DNA from: Pachysolen tannophilus NRRL Y-2460
Lineage: Eukaryota
Assembly: GCA_001661245.1 (NCBI GenBank)
Contig: KV454016.1
Coordinates: 1,052,268-1,116,267, forward strand
Direction of reading: 5' to 3'
Length of the DNA: 64,000 nt
Numbering within the stretch: position 1 is the first letter of the stretch; the number at the start of each line of letters is the position of its first letter. The position numbers were made by a program, and so were the translations under genes. Of the stretch, positions 9,901-19,607 are shown one piece after another. The notes under the pieces are model-generated. The model was not told the origin of the DNA. It was given only the letters and a program-made list of their open reading frames with translations, and searched no databases.

Positions 9901-12542
9901 TCCAAAATTTTTGATAAAAGATTTTTTTTATCTGAACGTTCTTCAGGACTATACTGCAATTTCCAAGAGTTTTTACTTAATAGTTCAATAAATTTATTCA
10001 AAAACTCACCATAAAATCCTAAATTTCTTAGTAAAATTTGTTGTCTTTGAAATTCTTGTTCTTTTCTGTAGGCCTCGGAACCAATTTGGTTATACAAAAT
10101 ATTTAAAATATGTTCAATTCCAGTTTGATACTTTTTCAAGTTGTTTATAGACGAATAATAATTTAATAATATTTGCCATAATTTTAACTTTAATTCCAAA
10201 GATGACTTGTGTATGAATTCCTCCATCTCCTTTTGTTCTTTTGAAAAAGGACATTTCTTTTCTTCAGATACAGGCATTAATATCAATTCTAATAGTTGTA
10301 TTTTTTCTAAACTGTCACAATCTGAATCCAATAAATTTGAAAAAGTAGTTAACACATTCAATTTCGATAACTGAATATTGACAATATCATAATTTAGTCT
10401 TTTAATATTTGTATAGTTCAAATATATAATATCCACATTCGATAGATTTTCATTGCTCAACAAATTGGACAACATTTTCTTGATATTTAGTTCATTAATC
10501 GACGTAAGATTATCCAAATGTTGCATGTAAGACAATAAACACCAAGTATATCTCAACATTAATTTATCCAAAACATCACTTTTCAATGTCAGCTTGATAA
10601 AAATTAAATCCTGGGAAATAGATTTCCATCTTTCAATTCTTGTAACCAATATTTTTTTTTGAGTTAACAATTCATTAAAATATGCTTTCTGTTTTTCAAT
10701 GCCCTTTTTTTGGTTTTTTTGATATACGGAAATATAAGAATCAACCAATAACTCAAATATGGAGATCGACATACTCAAATACTTGTAATATATACTATTT
10801 TCTAAATTTTGGTAATCTGAAGCAAATAAGCTTACAATTTCATTATAGATGGTGATATCAGAGGCATTTAAAAAATTTATCAAAATTTTATAAACATCTT
10901 CGTCAACTTTATAGTCTATTATTAAAACTTCATTTTTATCATTAAAACTTAAAAATGACTCCAATATCAATATTCTCAATTGGAACAAATGCAAACTACT
11001 ATTATTTACAATTTTGATAAATTCATTGACATCCAATACGTCGACATTTTTATATTCAACAGTTAATAAATCATCCAAAGTGTTTGCATTTAATATTTCT
11101 AAAATCGAATTATTACTACTACTTTCTATATTCAGTAATAATAATTCTGATTTCTGGTGGCTCCAATTACTTAATGTTTTCACGAAATCATGGATATACA
11201 TATCTTTAGACTCACTGTAATTTTCGAGGAATGCATCAATCGGCCCATTAAATTTTAATTCTATATCTTCTTTTTCACATTCAGTATTTGAATTTAGTAG
11301 AGATAAATATTGATTCAAAACCGATACAAATCTTTCCAGTTCTGAAAATTCTAAATCTTGGACATTTTCAGGAGTATCATTTGCTATTTTGTTTAATCGT
11401 TTACTGGATCTTGTGATGCTATTCTTTTCATTTCTAGCTTCTGAAGCAGAAGTTTGTTGAGGTTTATCCTCTCCATTTTCTCCCTCAGTCCCTTCAACCG
11501 CAGTTAATGTTGTTGTTGTCGCTGTTGATACTTTGCTCTCATCTTTATTATTTTCAACTTCATTAGTATCATTTGCAATTTCAGGCTCACTATTGTCTTT
11601 TTTTAGAGGTAACAAAAATTGTACTTTTTCAACGGGCGTTGTGGTTAAAGAATATTGATCATAACATTTTTGTTTACCTTTTGGTTTTGGTAAACTTTCG
11701 TGGATTAACCTAATTAGTGATGAAAACGATATGTCATTTGTATTGTAATTTGTTAAATCGATATTTAGTGTTTTCAATTGAAACAAATTTTCTTTTTTTT
11801 TCAATTCTATATGATCTTTAACTGGTTGTAAAAATTTTAAATCACAAGTTTCTCTTTGATCATCATCATTCAATTTTTTAATATTTTCAAAAGATATTCT
11901 ATTTTTATTCATAAAATTATCTTTATCTTCGCTTACTAGTTGATAATGATCAATTTCTATTAACAACTCTTTATACCGATTTAAGAACTTGCTAAAATTT
12001 TTCAATATCTTATTTTTTCTTAATATCAAAAAAGTTTTATCAGACCCATTTCTAATATCATTTTTCATTAATTCATATTCAATGATAAATCTAGATAATC
12101 TCTTACTTCCAAAAAAATTAAATATATCGTATAGTAGTTCCACCAACCTTGTATCTCCTTCAGCAAATTTCAAAGCCGAAACTAAATCATCAACACAAGA
12201 TGTCAACTCTTCATATAAATCTAATATTTCTTCTTCTGTAAGTTCATTTGATTCCTTTCTATTTTTTTGCTCTGCCACCAATTTGTCAAATTTTAAAAAA
12301 CCAACATTTCTATACGCTAAATATCTCAAATTATTTATAGTTGGCGATGACGAATTATCATTAATAACGTCAATCTTAAATAACTCTTCATATACATTTG
12401 CTGCTTCTGTATAATTGTTATCCTTCTGCAAATTTAACGCCCTCTTAAATAATGTAAAAGATTCTTCAATCTGCAACTCCCTCGTATGTTCTTCAGCATC
12501 CAATTCATCTTCACTCAAGTTAATAGCAGCAAATTTAGACAT
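6918..12542 (-). CDS. HIR3: HIR histone-chaperone complex subunit Hir3 (Cabin1 family)
   Basis: About 1874 aa; N-terminal EEHTRELQIEE..., C-terminal EPHYRL, DKKNWHHKP and IWKPENERPGKHFVY motifs; first ATG at 12542. Confidence 0.92.
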   Translation of the reverse strand: MSKFAAINLSEDELDAEEHTRELQIEESFTLFKRALNLQKDNNYTEAANVYEELFKIDVINDNSSSPTINNLRYLAYRNVGFLKFDKLVAEQKNRKESNELTEEEILDLYEELTSCVDDLVSALKFAEGDTRLVELLYDIFNFFGSKRLSRFIIEYELMKNDIRNGSDKTFLILRKNKILKNFSKFLNRYKELLIEIDHYQLVSEDKDNFMNKNRISFENIKKLNDDDQRETCDLKFLQPVKDHIELKKKENLFQLKTLNIDLTNYNTNDISFSSLIRLIHESLPKPKGKQKCYDQYSLTTTPVEKVQFLLPLKKDNSEPEIANDTNEVENNKDESKVSTATTTTLTAVEGTEGENGEDKPQQTSASEARNEKNSITRSSKRLNKIANDTPENVQDLEFSELERFVSVLNQYLSLLNSNTECEKEDIELKFNGPIDAFLENYSESKDMYIHDFVKTLSNWSHQKSELLLLNIESSSNNSILEILNANTLDDLLTVEYKNVDVLDVNEFIKIVNNSSLHLFQLRILILESFLSFNDKNEVLIIDYKVDEDVYKILINFLNASDITIYNEIVSLFASDYQNLENSIYYKYLSMSISIFELLVDSYISVYQKNQKKGIEKQKAYFNELLTQKKILVTRIERWKSISQDLIFIKLTLKSDVLDKLMLRYTWCLLSYMQHLDNLTSINELNIKKMLSNLLSNENLSNVDIIYLNYTNIKRLNYDIVNIQLSKLNVLTTFSNLLDSDCDSLEKIQLLELILMPVSEEKKCPFSKEQKEMEEFIHKSSLELKLKLWQILLNYYSSINNLKKYQTGIEHILNILYNQIGSEAYRKEQEFQRQQILLRNLGFYGEFLNKFIELLSKNSWKLQYSPEERSDKKNLLSKILEFMRIGFIYCLHEDVAKKSSLKVSLDLKSTKAARKVRDILTNTFSLVFLYYSVLLPQAKPEYINDLLSLLHEQLGVRSYCDSSDGKFLKLIQDCLIDLSWPESEMDLLQVIFCRYKISISVENFTPFDHSTSEISFSRFDAMEISKFVLPNCFKKKNPMFNIPKNDIKTLLDSIYKVIGDPNEKDESISRYNAVLEDYLDNTQLNVRIMRDAFYGLLTIDIGKSKLDIQEVAENGLYYLQGVMALGLFKIRKRSMQSRISELDFVLQMFKQDIICGSKRLETWLLLGQTYSLLVEDDLIWTSDKLTNNDKKQGTALLQKKSLLCYLMAISLKAETDKSKELSDQVGAVLWSSFGKELYNAAMEPMSKLVFNVNSVPKFLKLANNTKIYEKLSTNPITDKTILKILLSSFLMASRLSKDDWLNYYYISKIEYKLNLEPHQVLQDLIISCNLARSSNSSADPTIEPHYRLCSLLLKYVSNDKLTVTEAINYLNQNPILKVDPLDIDRTNSEQNDLKLFAKFVIIESLKKVISYDKKNWHHKPHYKIAEIQLEILDDWDSAKETMLNLVSLKPTVKNLVTIWKPENERPGKHFVYNLQYITFFLKILSKQRDLTSLFQFAKKLRRVGSSMINLIKAWNSTTKIICDLCRKVADIDENFTEKCIGFLVYGEFLVRAKEFNNFINKSIAENETNLQHKRLQELLYLFTDFHEIKRMSNGFSQTSFIDDTFYSIYLKMYFIYTNEICSNGELIKVLESVKSKLARKDITEIIKSMKLPKLSEIPIVYNVPEPKSVAELSPTNSNPISQSPNTDNRDELIAVNNNSGLAPESQETENVTKTLLISPQNDSNQLNFSDSQGLVQENSDFSTVPAEAQSHVKLDKKVDEKSFSTHDLNPASDKTPSFEVQNNEVFKSNNLDIDEHGENTKTDLAALMDINTTPRKRSLASPTNNMTLKRQKNESDHEDKVVAITSTDDENDNDVFVTPKQDSKGQNNSSEEDN

Positions 12543-13416
12543 GGTCACCTAAGCGCCATTAGAAATGAACAATAAACTTAGTTAATGGGCGTCTATTTTG
12601 TTTTCATTTGTTTTTTTTTTTTTTCTAACGCAAAAAATACCTTTTTTCGAGGTAGTGAACTTCTACAGTAAAAATCACAGATATCAGCTATAATATACTA
12701 CAAACTATACTATGAACTACCGGAACAGAAGACTAGCTTATGTGAGCATCGGAACGTTAGTGCCACGAGAACAATGTTTAATACTTATTTTAAGATCATG
12801 TAATTGGACTAGTGAATTGGCTTTATGGAGATAACCTTATGCTTGTATATTCGAAAATCTTTAATGAATTTTTTTGCACATCCGGTTGTATTTATGCGTC
12901 TTAGTAAATGATAAACTTTTCAAGTGTACAACTTCATTGGAGAAGAATAACAATTTTTTGGAAATTATCACTCTTTATTTCAACAACAGAAGGCTTAACA
13001 TTTTTCTTTTTGGTTACATTGCTTAATCTATAGTTATAGTTGAATACGACTATTTCTATTGTTATTTATGACCATTATTTAAAGTTAGTACAAAAAAATG
13101 TGTGAAGAGAAAGAGGTTTCCTAAAGAGGAAATGTTCCTGATATTATGCAATTCGAAGAAGCCATACTCATTGCATTAAGTTATAGTTAGGTATGAACAC
13201 TGCTAATTAAAGTTTCTATGTTTTTAAATTATGGCTTTTTTTCTTCACATATTATTCAATTGAAGGCATTAGTTCTTGTCTATTTTCAATGGTTTGTAAA
13301 GAAGAGAAAAAAGTATAAGAATCAGGACGTATTCCATATTATTGATTTATATTGGTTTTGCCCAAAATCAATTGTACGTTTTAGAAGGAAAAAAAAAATA
13401 GAAGCAGGAGACGCAA

Positions 13417-15198
13417 ATGTCGAAAATACTGCAGACTTTACTTTACCCTATATGGGGATCAACAGAAGATGGTACATTCGAGCTGGAAAAAAATGATACT
13501 ACTGTGATAGTTTCAAACTATGATGAACCAGATACATCTTACAACTTACGTGGTACTCCATCTGAAAAAACTAGTCCTCTAGGTTATAGCAACAATCTTT
13601 TAACCACAGTATATTTAGTGCTTCATGGTATTGTTGGTACAGGTATTTTTTCAACTCCTGCAACTATTTTAAACTCTATTGGTAGTGTTGGTGCTAGTTA
13701 TGTTCTATGGATTACTTGTTGGTTTATTTCATTGTTTAATGTCTTGATCTATATTGAATTTGTTACTTATTTTCCCAATAGAAATGGTGGTGATGTTGCT
13801 TATTTAGAGCAATCATACCCTGAACCCAAATTTATGATACTGACAGTTTATGCGGCCGTTAGTGTTGTTTTATCATATCTGACAAGTAGTGCTATTGCAT
13901 TTAGCCAGTATATTTTAAAGGCAGCAGATGCTGAAGCCACAACTTGGAGAGAAAGAGGTATAGCTGCAGGAGTATTAACAGGAGTTTGTTTAATGGCCTC
14001 TATTAATACCAAATATACTTTGAAAATTTCAAATATCTTAAGTTTTGTAAAAGTTGTGTTTTTACTGTTCATTGCTATTACTGGTCTTGTTGTTCTTGGG
14101 GGACATACTAGGGTTAGATCACCAACAGCAAATTTTCAAAATGCTTGGGAAGGAACAACTTCTGATGGTAATGCTATTGCTAATTCTATTATTGACGTCA
14201 CATTTTCATATTCAGGATTTAGTTATGCTTTTGCAGTTGTTGCGGAGCATCAGAAAAGTCTGAAAGAAGATCCAATTAGAACATACAAGACATTTGTACC
14301 ATTAACGCTTTTCGTGATTTTTATTTTTTACATTTTAATTATCACAGCTTATTATGCTGGTTCTGGAACAATTGAAGAAATTAAAGATTCGGGGAATACT
14401 GTTGTCAGCACTTTTTTCTCTAACGTATTTGGTACCGAAAGTGCTACCAAAGCAATGAGTTCTTTGGTTGCTCTCTCAGCTTTAGGCCATTTGCTTACAG
14501 CTGTTGTTTCTCATTCAAGAGCATTACGGGAATGTGGAAGACAAGGTGTACTTCCTTTCCGTAAATTTTGGATACAAGTAAAACCATTTGGTACTCCTAT
14601 AGGTCCATTGTTCATTACTTGGTTAGTTAACATTATTGTCATACTTGCACCTCCAGCAGGATCTGCATACAATTTTGTGGTTGATTTAGGTACTTATTCA
14701 TCAGATATTTTTTCTTTGGTCTTGGTTATTGGTTTGCTTCAAGTTAGAAGACAAAGGAAAAAAGCAGGGTTGGGGTATGCTGGTTACAAAGTTCCTACAG
14801 CACTCATTATAATTCTCATCTTGTTTCAACTTTTAGTGATTGCAATTGTCTGGGTTCCTCCATCAAATGGTACCTTAATTGGTAGTGATGTCACATTTTT
14901 TTATGCCACTTATCCTATTGTTACAATTGGTTTGATATTACTCTGTATTGGTTATTACTTGGTATGGTATAAAGTATTGCCGAAGTTGGGAAAATTTGAA
15001 TACAGATATTCTGTTTACAGATTGAACAATGGAGAATTAGGTAATTCAGTCATAAAAGTTCCTTTAGATAAGTTAGACCAATGGGATAGTGAACATACGG
15101 AAGAAATTGAAATTGAGCCTATTGAAAGTAATCAGTCTTCGGAAGTTATCCAGGTTAAAAAACGTATTACTCATTATTCAAAAGATGATAAATTATAA
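13417..15198 (+). CDS. APC/LAT-family amino-acid permease, high-affinity methionine permease-like (Mup1-like)
   Basis: GIVGTGIFSTP and RNGGDVAYLEQSY motifs; about 12 hydrophobic segments. Confidence 0.85.
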   Translation: MSKILQTLLYPIWGSTEDGTFELEKNDTTVIVSNYDEPDTSYNLRGTPSEKTSPLGYSNNLLTTVYLVLHGIVGTGIFSTPATILNSIGSVGASYVLWITCWFISLFNVLIYIEFVTYFPNRNGGDVAYLEQSYPEPKFMILTVYAAVSVVLSYLTSSAIAFSQYILKAADAEATTWRERGIAAGVLTGVCLMASINTKYTLKISNILSFVKVVFLLFIAITGLVVLGGHTRVRSPTANFQNAWEGTTSDGNAIANSIIDVTFSYSGFSYAFAVVAEHQKSLKEDPIRTYKTFVPLTLFVIFIFYILIITAYYAGSGTIEEIKDSGNTVVSTFFSNVFGTESATKAMSSLVALSALGHLLTAVVSHSRALRECGRQGVLPFRKFWIQVKPFGTPIGPLFITWLVNIIVILAPPAGSAYNFVVDLGTYSSDIFSLVLVIGLLQVRRQRKKAGLGYAGYKVPTALIIILILFQLLVIAIVWVPPSNGTLIGSDVTFFYATYPIVTIGLILLCIGYYLVWYKVLPKLGKFEYRYSVYRLNNGELGNSVIKVPLDKLDQWDSEHTEEIEIEPIESNQSSEVIQVKKRITHYSKDDKL

Positions 15199-15226
15199 AT
15201 ATACAAGACACGTATATAGGTATATA

Positions 15227-16375
15227 CTATGAAGAATTTTGAAAAATTTCTTGCAAAAAAGGAGCAACTTGCTTCCTACTATGCTGTATATTTCTTTGTT
15301 CATAAACCACTATATTGGAATTATCATCAATGGAGATATTATTTATTTCAACAAGATCCAATTTTTTATCTAATGAATCAATAATTTTGCTCAGATCCAA
15401 ACTTTTGTTAACAAACGATAACAGCAATTCTCTTGTGAACTTATCTGTACTTTTATCTACAAAATTTGTCATCACAACACATAAATCTAATTGTCTTTCT
15501 TTTGACCATTTATTGAAATCAGTTAAAAATTTTGACTCGTTACCAAAAGAGTTTTGCTTAAAAATGTAGTCAATTGAATCGGGAATAGTACTAATCCCGA
15601 CTTTATGACCATTATATTCATATTCTTTATAATCTTTTTTCAATAATTCATAAATTGAAAATCCACTAATATCAGTTTTTCTAGATCTAATTTCTTGGAA
15701 ATAATTTTGAAAATTTAAAGCTGATGAGCTATCAAGGTGATTTTTAATAATTTCAATTGCTCTTAAATCACTTTTCTCTACTTTATGTGTCATACATGCA
15801 GTATCAATTAATATTGGAGGCAATATAAATTTTGCAATAGATTTGAAAACTTCGTTCATATTAGTATGCTTTGAATTTGATGACAGATATAAATCGTACC
15901 AATAATTTAATATTAATGATGAGCAACTACCTGATTTTTCTATTATTCTAGGGTTTGCATTTAAGTATAATTTTTCATCAAAGTGATGATCAATGATACC
16001 AGTAACATTAAATTTTGTTACCTCAATTATTTTTTTATCATATTGTAATGAATTATGATCAACCAAGATTAAATCAAAATTTTTCTTTTCTGCCCTGATA
16101 AGATCATCAACAAATAAAAAATTTTCCGGATCCAAATGAAATTCATCAAATATATATTGAATATCTTTTCTCAATGTTAAATCTTTTTTCAAAATATTAA
16201 TAAATGGATAAATTGGATTTTCCCAATAATTGTAATATAGAAAACTATAAGAAATCGATCCAATTACTGAATCAAGATCAGCTGAAGAATTCCCAGAAAC
16301 TAACGTAATTACCGGTATTTCATTGCTCTCATTTAATAACGGTTTGCTAAAAGTATTAGCAAATGATCTTAACAT
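15227..16375 (-). CDS. PPX1: Exopolyphosphatase (DHH/DHHA2 family)
   Basis: GNSSADLDS, LVDHN, IIDHH, SGSCSSL, KDYK and SRKQVAP motifs. Confidence 0.92.
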   Translation of the reverse strand: MLRSFANTFSKPLLNESNEIPVITLVSGNSSADLDSVIGSISYSFLYYNYWENPIYPFINILKKDLTLRKDIQYIFDEFHLDPENFLFVDDLIRAEKKNFDLILVDHNSLQYDKKIIEVTKFNVTGIIDHHFDEKLYLNANPRIIEKSGSCSSLILNYWYDLYLSSNSKHTNMNEVFKSIAKFILPPILIDTACMTHKVEKSDLRAIEIIKNHLDSSSALNFQNYFQEIRSRKTDISGFSIYELLKKDYKEYEYNGHKVGISTIPDSIDYIFKQNSFGNESKFLTDFNKWSKERQLDLCVVMTNFVDKSTDKFTRELLLSFVNKSLDLSKIIDSLDKKLDLVEINNISIDDNSNIVVYEQRNIQHSRKQVAPFLQEIFQNSS

Positions 16376-16957
16376 CTTTTCCCCCCTATTATTTAAGCAA
16401 TCTACTTGTAATCAATATGAATAGTTTTATAGTTATGTTCAAACGCTTTACGCTTTGAAAATTTTTTTAATTTTGCTCTTTTTTTAAATAGTAGTGTAAA
16501 GCTTTAACCAACACTTTAATTGAAGCAAATGAGATAATAAATAACAATATTTTTTGTATTTTTTATCATTTTAAAACTATGCAAAAGAAAAGAAGAAACT
16601 TTAGTTTGCGAAATCCCATTACTTCTTTTTAATTGCTTCAAAAGAATGTATCGAATCTTCTCTTTGCTTGTTTTAATATAACGAAGCAGGGTTTTTGTTT
16701 ATCTATTATTTGCCAAAGAAATGCATCAAAGACCCTCATTACCTGCATAATCATGCATATACTATATTTTTGCTATTTTTCCAAAGTTAAAAGATGGTCG
16801 CCGTTGAACTAATAGTTTAATCTGGGAGTGAAATATTCAAGAGAAATCGAATGAAGACTAAACTTATTATTAAAAAAATTGTTATGCAAAAGAAAATATA
16901 AATCTCATATACAGAAAAAAAAAAAAAAGCAAAAAAAAACATTATACAACGATTGCA

Positions 16958-18100
16958 TCATTTGACATAGCTATTTTTGAACAAGTTATCAAAACGTTCA
17001 TTGCTATTATTGAAATTACAAGAAATACCTTGATTTGAATTCGGATTTGTATTTGAGTTTGTGAAACTATCCCATTCTAAAATTTTTGGCTCTTGAAACT
17101 TGATTGCGCAACTTGGTCTTCTATGATGATGTCTTGAGCAAACATTACTTTCATCTGTGGCATTGAATGATCTATCACTTTTAATAGAAGAGCCATATAG
17201 TGAGCTTGAAATACTTGATATAGAGAAAGTACGGTTCTTACCGTTATTTGTAGTGAATGGATCTATAAAAGTACCATTACTATCATCTGAACTTATTGGC
17301 GAAATGATATTAAAATGTTGATCTTTAGGATTTTCTTGAATTGTTTTATCTATTTTTGTAATTTGTGATGTTGAAGGAGATGCAGGTGGAGTATTATATT
17401 CAAAACTTGAAGATTTTTTTTTAAAATCTTGTAATTGAGAAGTAGATTTTGATGACGACAACTCTTGCGTATTAAAAGTATTTAAATTGCCTTGACCTTG
17501 ATGGTTATTATGACTATGACTATGACTACGACTTTTATGATGATGATGATGCTGAGGAGGAGAAGGACAAGGAGGAGGACGAGAAGGAGAATAACGTGAA
17601 TTAAGGGGCTTCAGTTCTTTTATCGGATCCTTAGGCTTGAAAGCACTTTCACTTTCGTGCACACAGCAATTCATAAACATCATAGAAAGATCCTTGTCAT
17701 CATCTTCGAATGGTGTTTCGCTAGTTCCCAAGATTGGTCTTGAACTAGCACTAGCATTACTTGAACACCTTTTTGATCTATCATTTGATGAAACATCCAT
17801 TGGAATTGAAAAATACCTTATATTTGAATTGTCATTCCCATTATCAACCCCATCATTTTCTTTTTCTTTGAAAACCATCAAACTACCCATCACTGGAGTT
17901 CTCCCTTTTAACGGAATATCATTTTCTGTACTCCTGCTACTGTTTTTATTATTATTATTTCTTATTGATCTTGGTTTACTCCGAACCAACAAATCTCCAT
18001 TACCATTCTTATCTGTATCACTCGATTGAATAAATAATGAAAATCTACCGTCACTATTTCTCCTTTTACTGTTACTTATACTGCTGATACTCTCACTCAT
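16958..18100 (-). CDS. Ser/Asn/His-rich hypothetical protein, probable YNR014W/YMR206W-like orthologue
   Basis: 380-aa ORF with C-terminal RHHHRRPSCAIKF motif; divergent from PHO91, matching the recalled YNR014W-PHO91-URK1 order. Confidence 0.55.
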   Translation of the reverse strand: MSESISSISNSKRRNSDGRFSLFIQSSDTDKNGNGDLLVRSKPRSIRNNNNKNSSRSTENDIPLKGRTPVMGSLMVFKEKENDGVDNGNDNSNIRYFSIPMDVSSNDRSKRCSSNASASSRPILGTSETPFEDDDKDLSMMFMNCCVHESESAFKPKDPIKELKPLNSRYSPSRPPPCPSPPQHHHHHKSRSHSHSHNNHQGQGNLNTFNTQELSSSKSTSQLQDFKKKSSSFEYNTPPASPSTSQITKIDKTIQENPKDQHFNIISPISSDDSNGTFIDPFTTNNGKNRTFSISSISSSLYGSSIKSDRSFNATDESNVCSRHHHRRPSCAIKFQEPKILEWDSFTNSNTNPNSNQGISCNFNNSNERFDNLFKNSYVK

Positions 18101-18995
18101 ATTTGCTGTAAAACAAAAATTAAAAGATGATGATGAATATCAATTGTTAATTTAATTATTATTTTTTTATTAATTTTATTTCTTTCCCCTTTTTTTTTAA
18201 AAGAAAAAAAAAATATTAAAAATGAAAAAAAGGATACTGATTTCCCTTATTTTATATATAATATATATAAATCACCCAATTTTTCAAATCATATAAAAAT
18301 TATGGAGCAAAAGGATGATTTTTTTAGTGTTTAAAGTTTAAGCGGGAATAAATTAAGTAATATAAAAAAAATTTATTTTCTTTTTTCTTTTTCACGATTG
18401 TAATCGTAAGATAGATAGATAACAAACAACAAAAGAATATCTTAAAAACCTTTAAAGTTTTTAATAGTTAAAGAAGCAGTAAGCAATTAAAGTATACATA
18501 TACATCATTTTTTTTTCTTTTTTCTTCCAACCCCAGATTTCTTTATATTTACTTTACGTAATTATCGGTATTATTCAATACCCCACTAAATTATCAATAG
18601 AAGTTTTTTTTTTTCCATCATCACAATCTGATGTATCGATCGGTGTACGGACATACGTAGTAGATGGATGTATTTTATTTTGAGGAAAAAAAAATTTTTT
18701 TTAGTACTGCAATATAGAGATTAAATGCGCAAAAAAAAAAAAAAATGATGAATTGAATAATTAGAGGATATAATAGTGTGATCATTCAAGTATAAATTTT
18801 AAGTTGACTGCTCTTTTAATATAAGAATTTTAACTATTTATCAATCTATCTTTGATCTTGAACCTGATGCGTGTTCATGTGTCGTGGGAATTTTATCAAA
18901 AAAAGAAGTGTTGAAAAGCAAAAAAAAGCAAAAAAAAAATACAATAAAAACCGCATGCATGTCACTTGTGGCGCTATCTCTTTATGTCCGCAAGC

Positions 18996-19221
18996 ATAAG
19001 ACAATAAGACAATAAGACAAGGACACAAAAGTTTGGACATGTCTTTTTTTGTTGCTTTTGACACTTTTGACACTTTTGACACTTAAGACATTTTTTTTGT
19101 CATTTTTGACATGCTGGTGAGTGTCTTATTGTATCACCCACGGTACTTACTATAACCATAGCGTCACCGCATTGTCACCGCATTGTTACTGTGTAGTTAC
19201 TGCGTTGTCACCATGGTGACA
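18996..19221. repeat. Cluster of short tandem repeats and a palindrome in the divergent promoter upstream of PHO91
   Basis: (ATAAGACA)3 at 18996-19019; (CTTTTGACA)3 at 19055-19081; degenerate 11-bp GTCACCGCATT array at 19163-19212; perfect palindrome TGTCACCATGGTGACA at 19206-19221. Confidence 0.85.
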
Positions 19222-19252
19222 CCAATGTCTTTATATAGAATTTGTTCCTGTC

Positions 19253-19258
19253 CACGTG
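19253..19258. promoter_or_regulatory. CACGTG E-box (Pho4/Cbf1-type site) upstream of the phosphate transporter
   Basis: TCCACGTGCC, about 350 bp upstream of the PHO91 ATG; function inferred only. Confidence 0.45.
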
Positions 19259-19607
19259 CCATTCAAAGTCTTGTGCCGATTTTAAAATAACAATCTATCT
19301 GTTTACTTAACAATTAATACAATTAATCAATATAAATTGATTAAATCAAACAAACTAATTATTATTAAAAAAAAAGAGGTATTTGGCGCTTAATTTTATT
19401 TTAATTTATTTAAAGACCAGTTTTCCCACTTTGAAAAATTTCTTCTTTTTTCTTTTTTTTTTTTTTTTTATTCTTCTTTTTTCAAAGTCTTTATAAAGTT
19501 GAAATCTTTTAAAAATTTCCTTTTTAAATAATCTTCATCGTGTTGGAGAACAAGACATCGAATTAGTTGATTTAAGCAACGGCGGCAGGAACGAAGAATC
19601 TTTGTCG

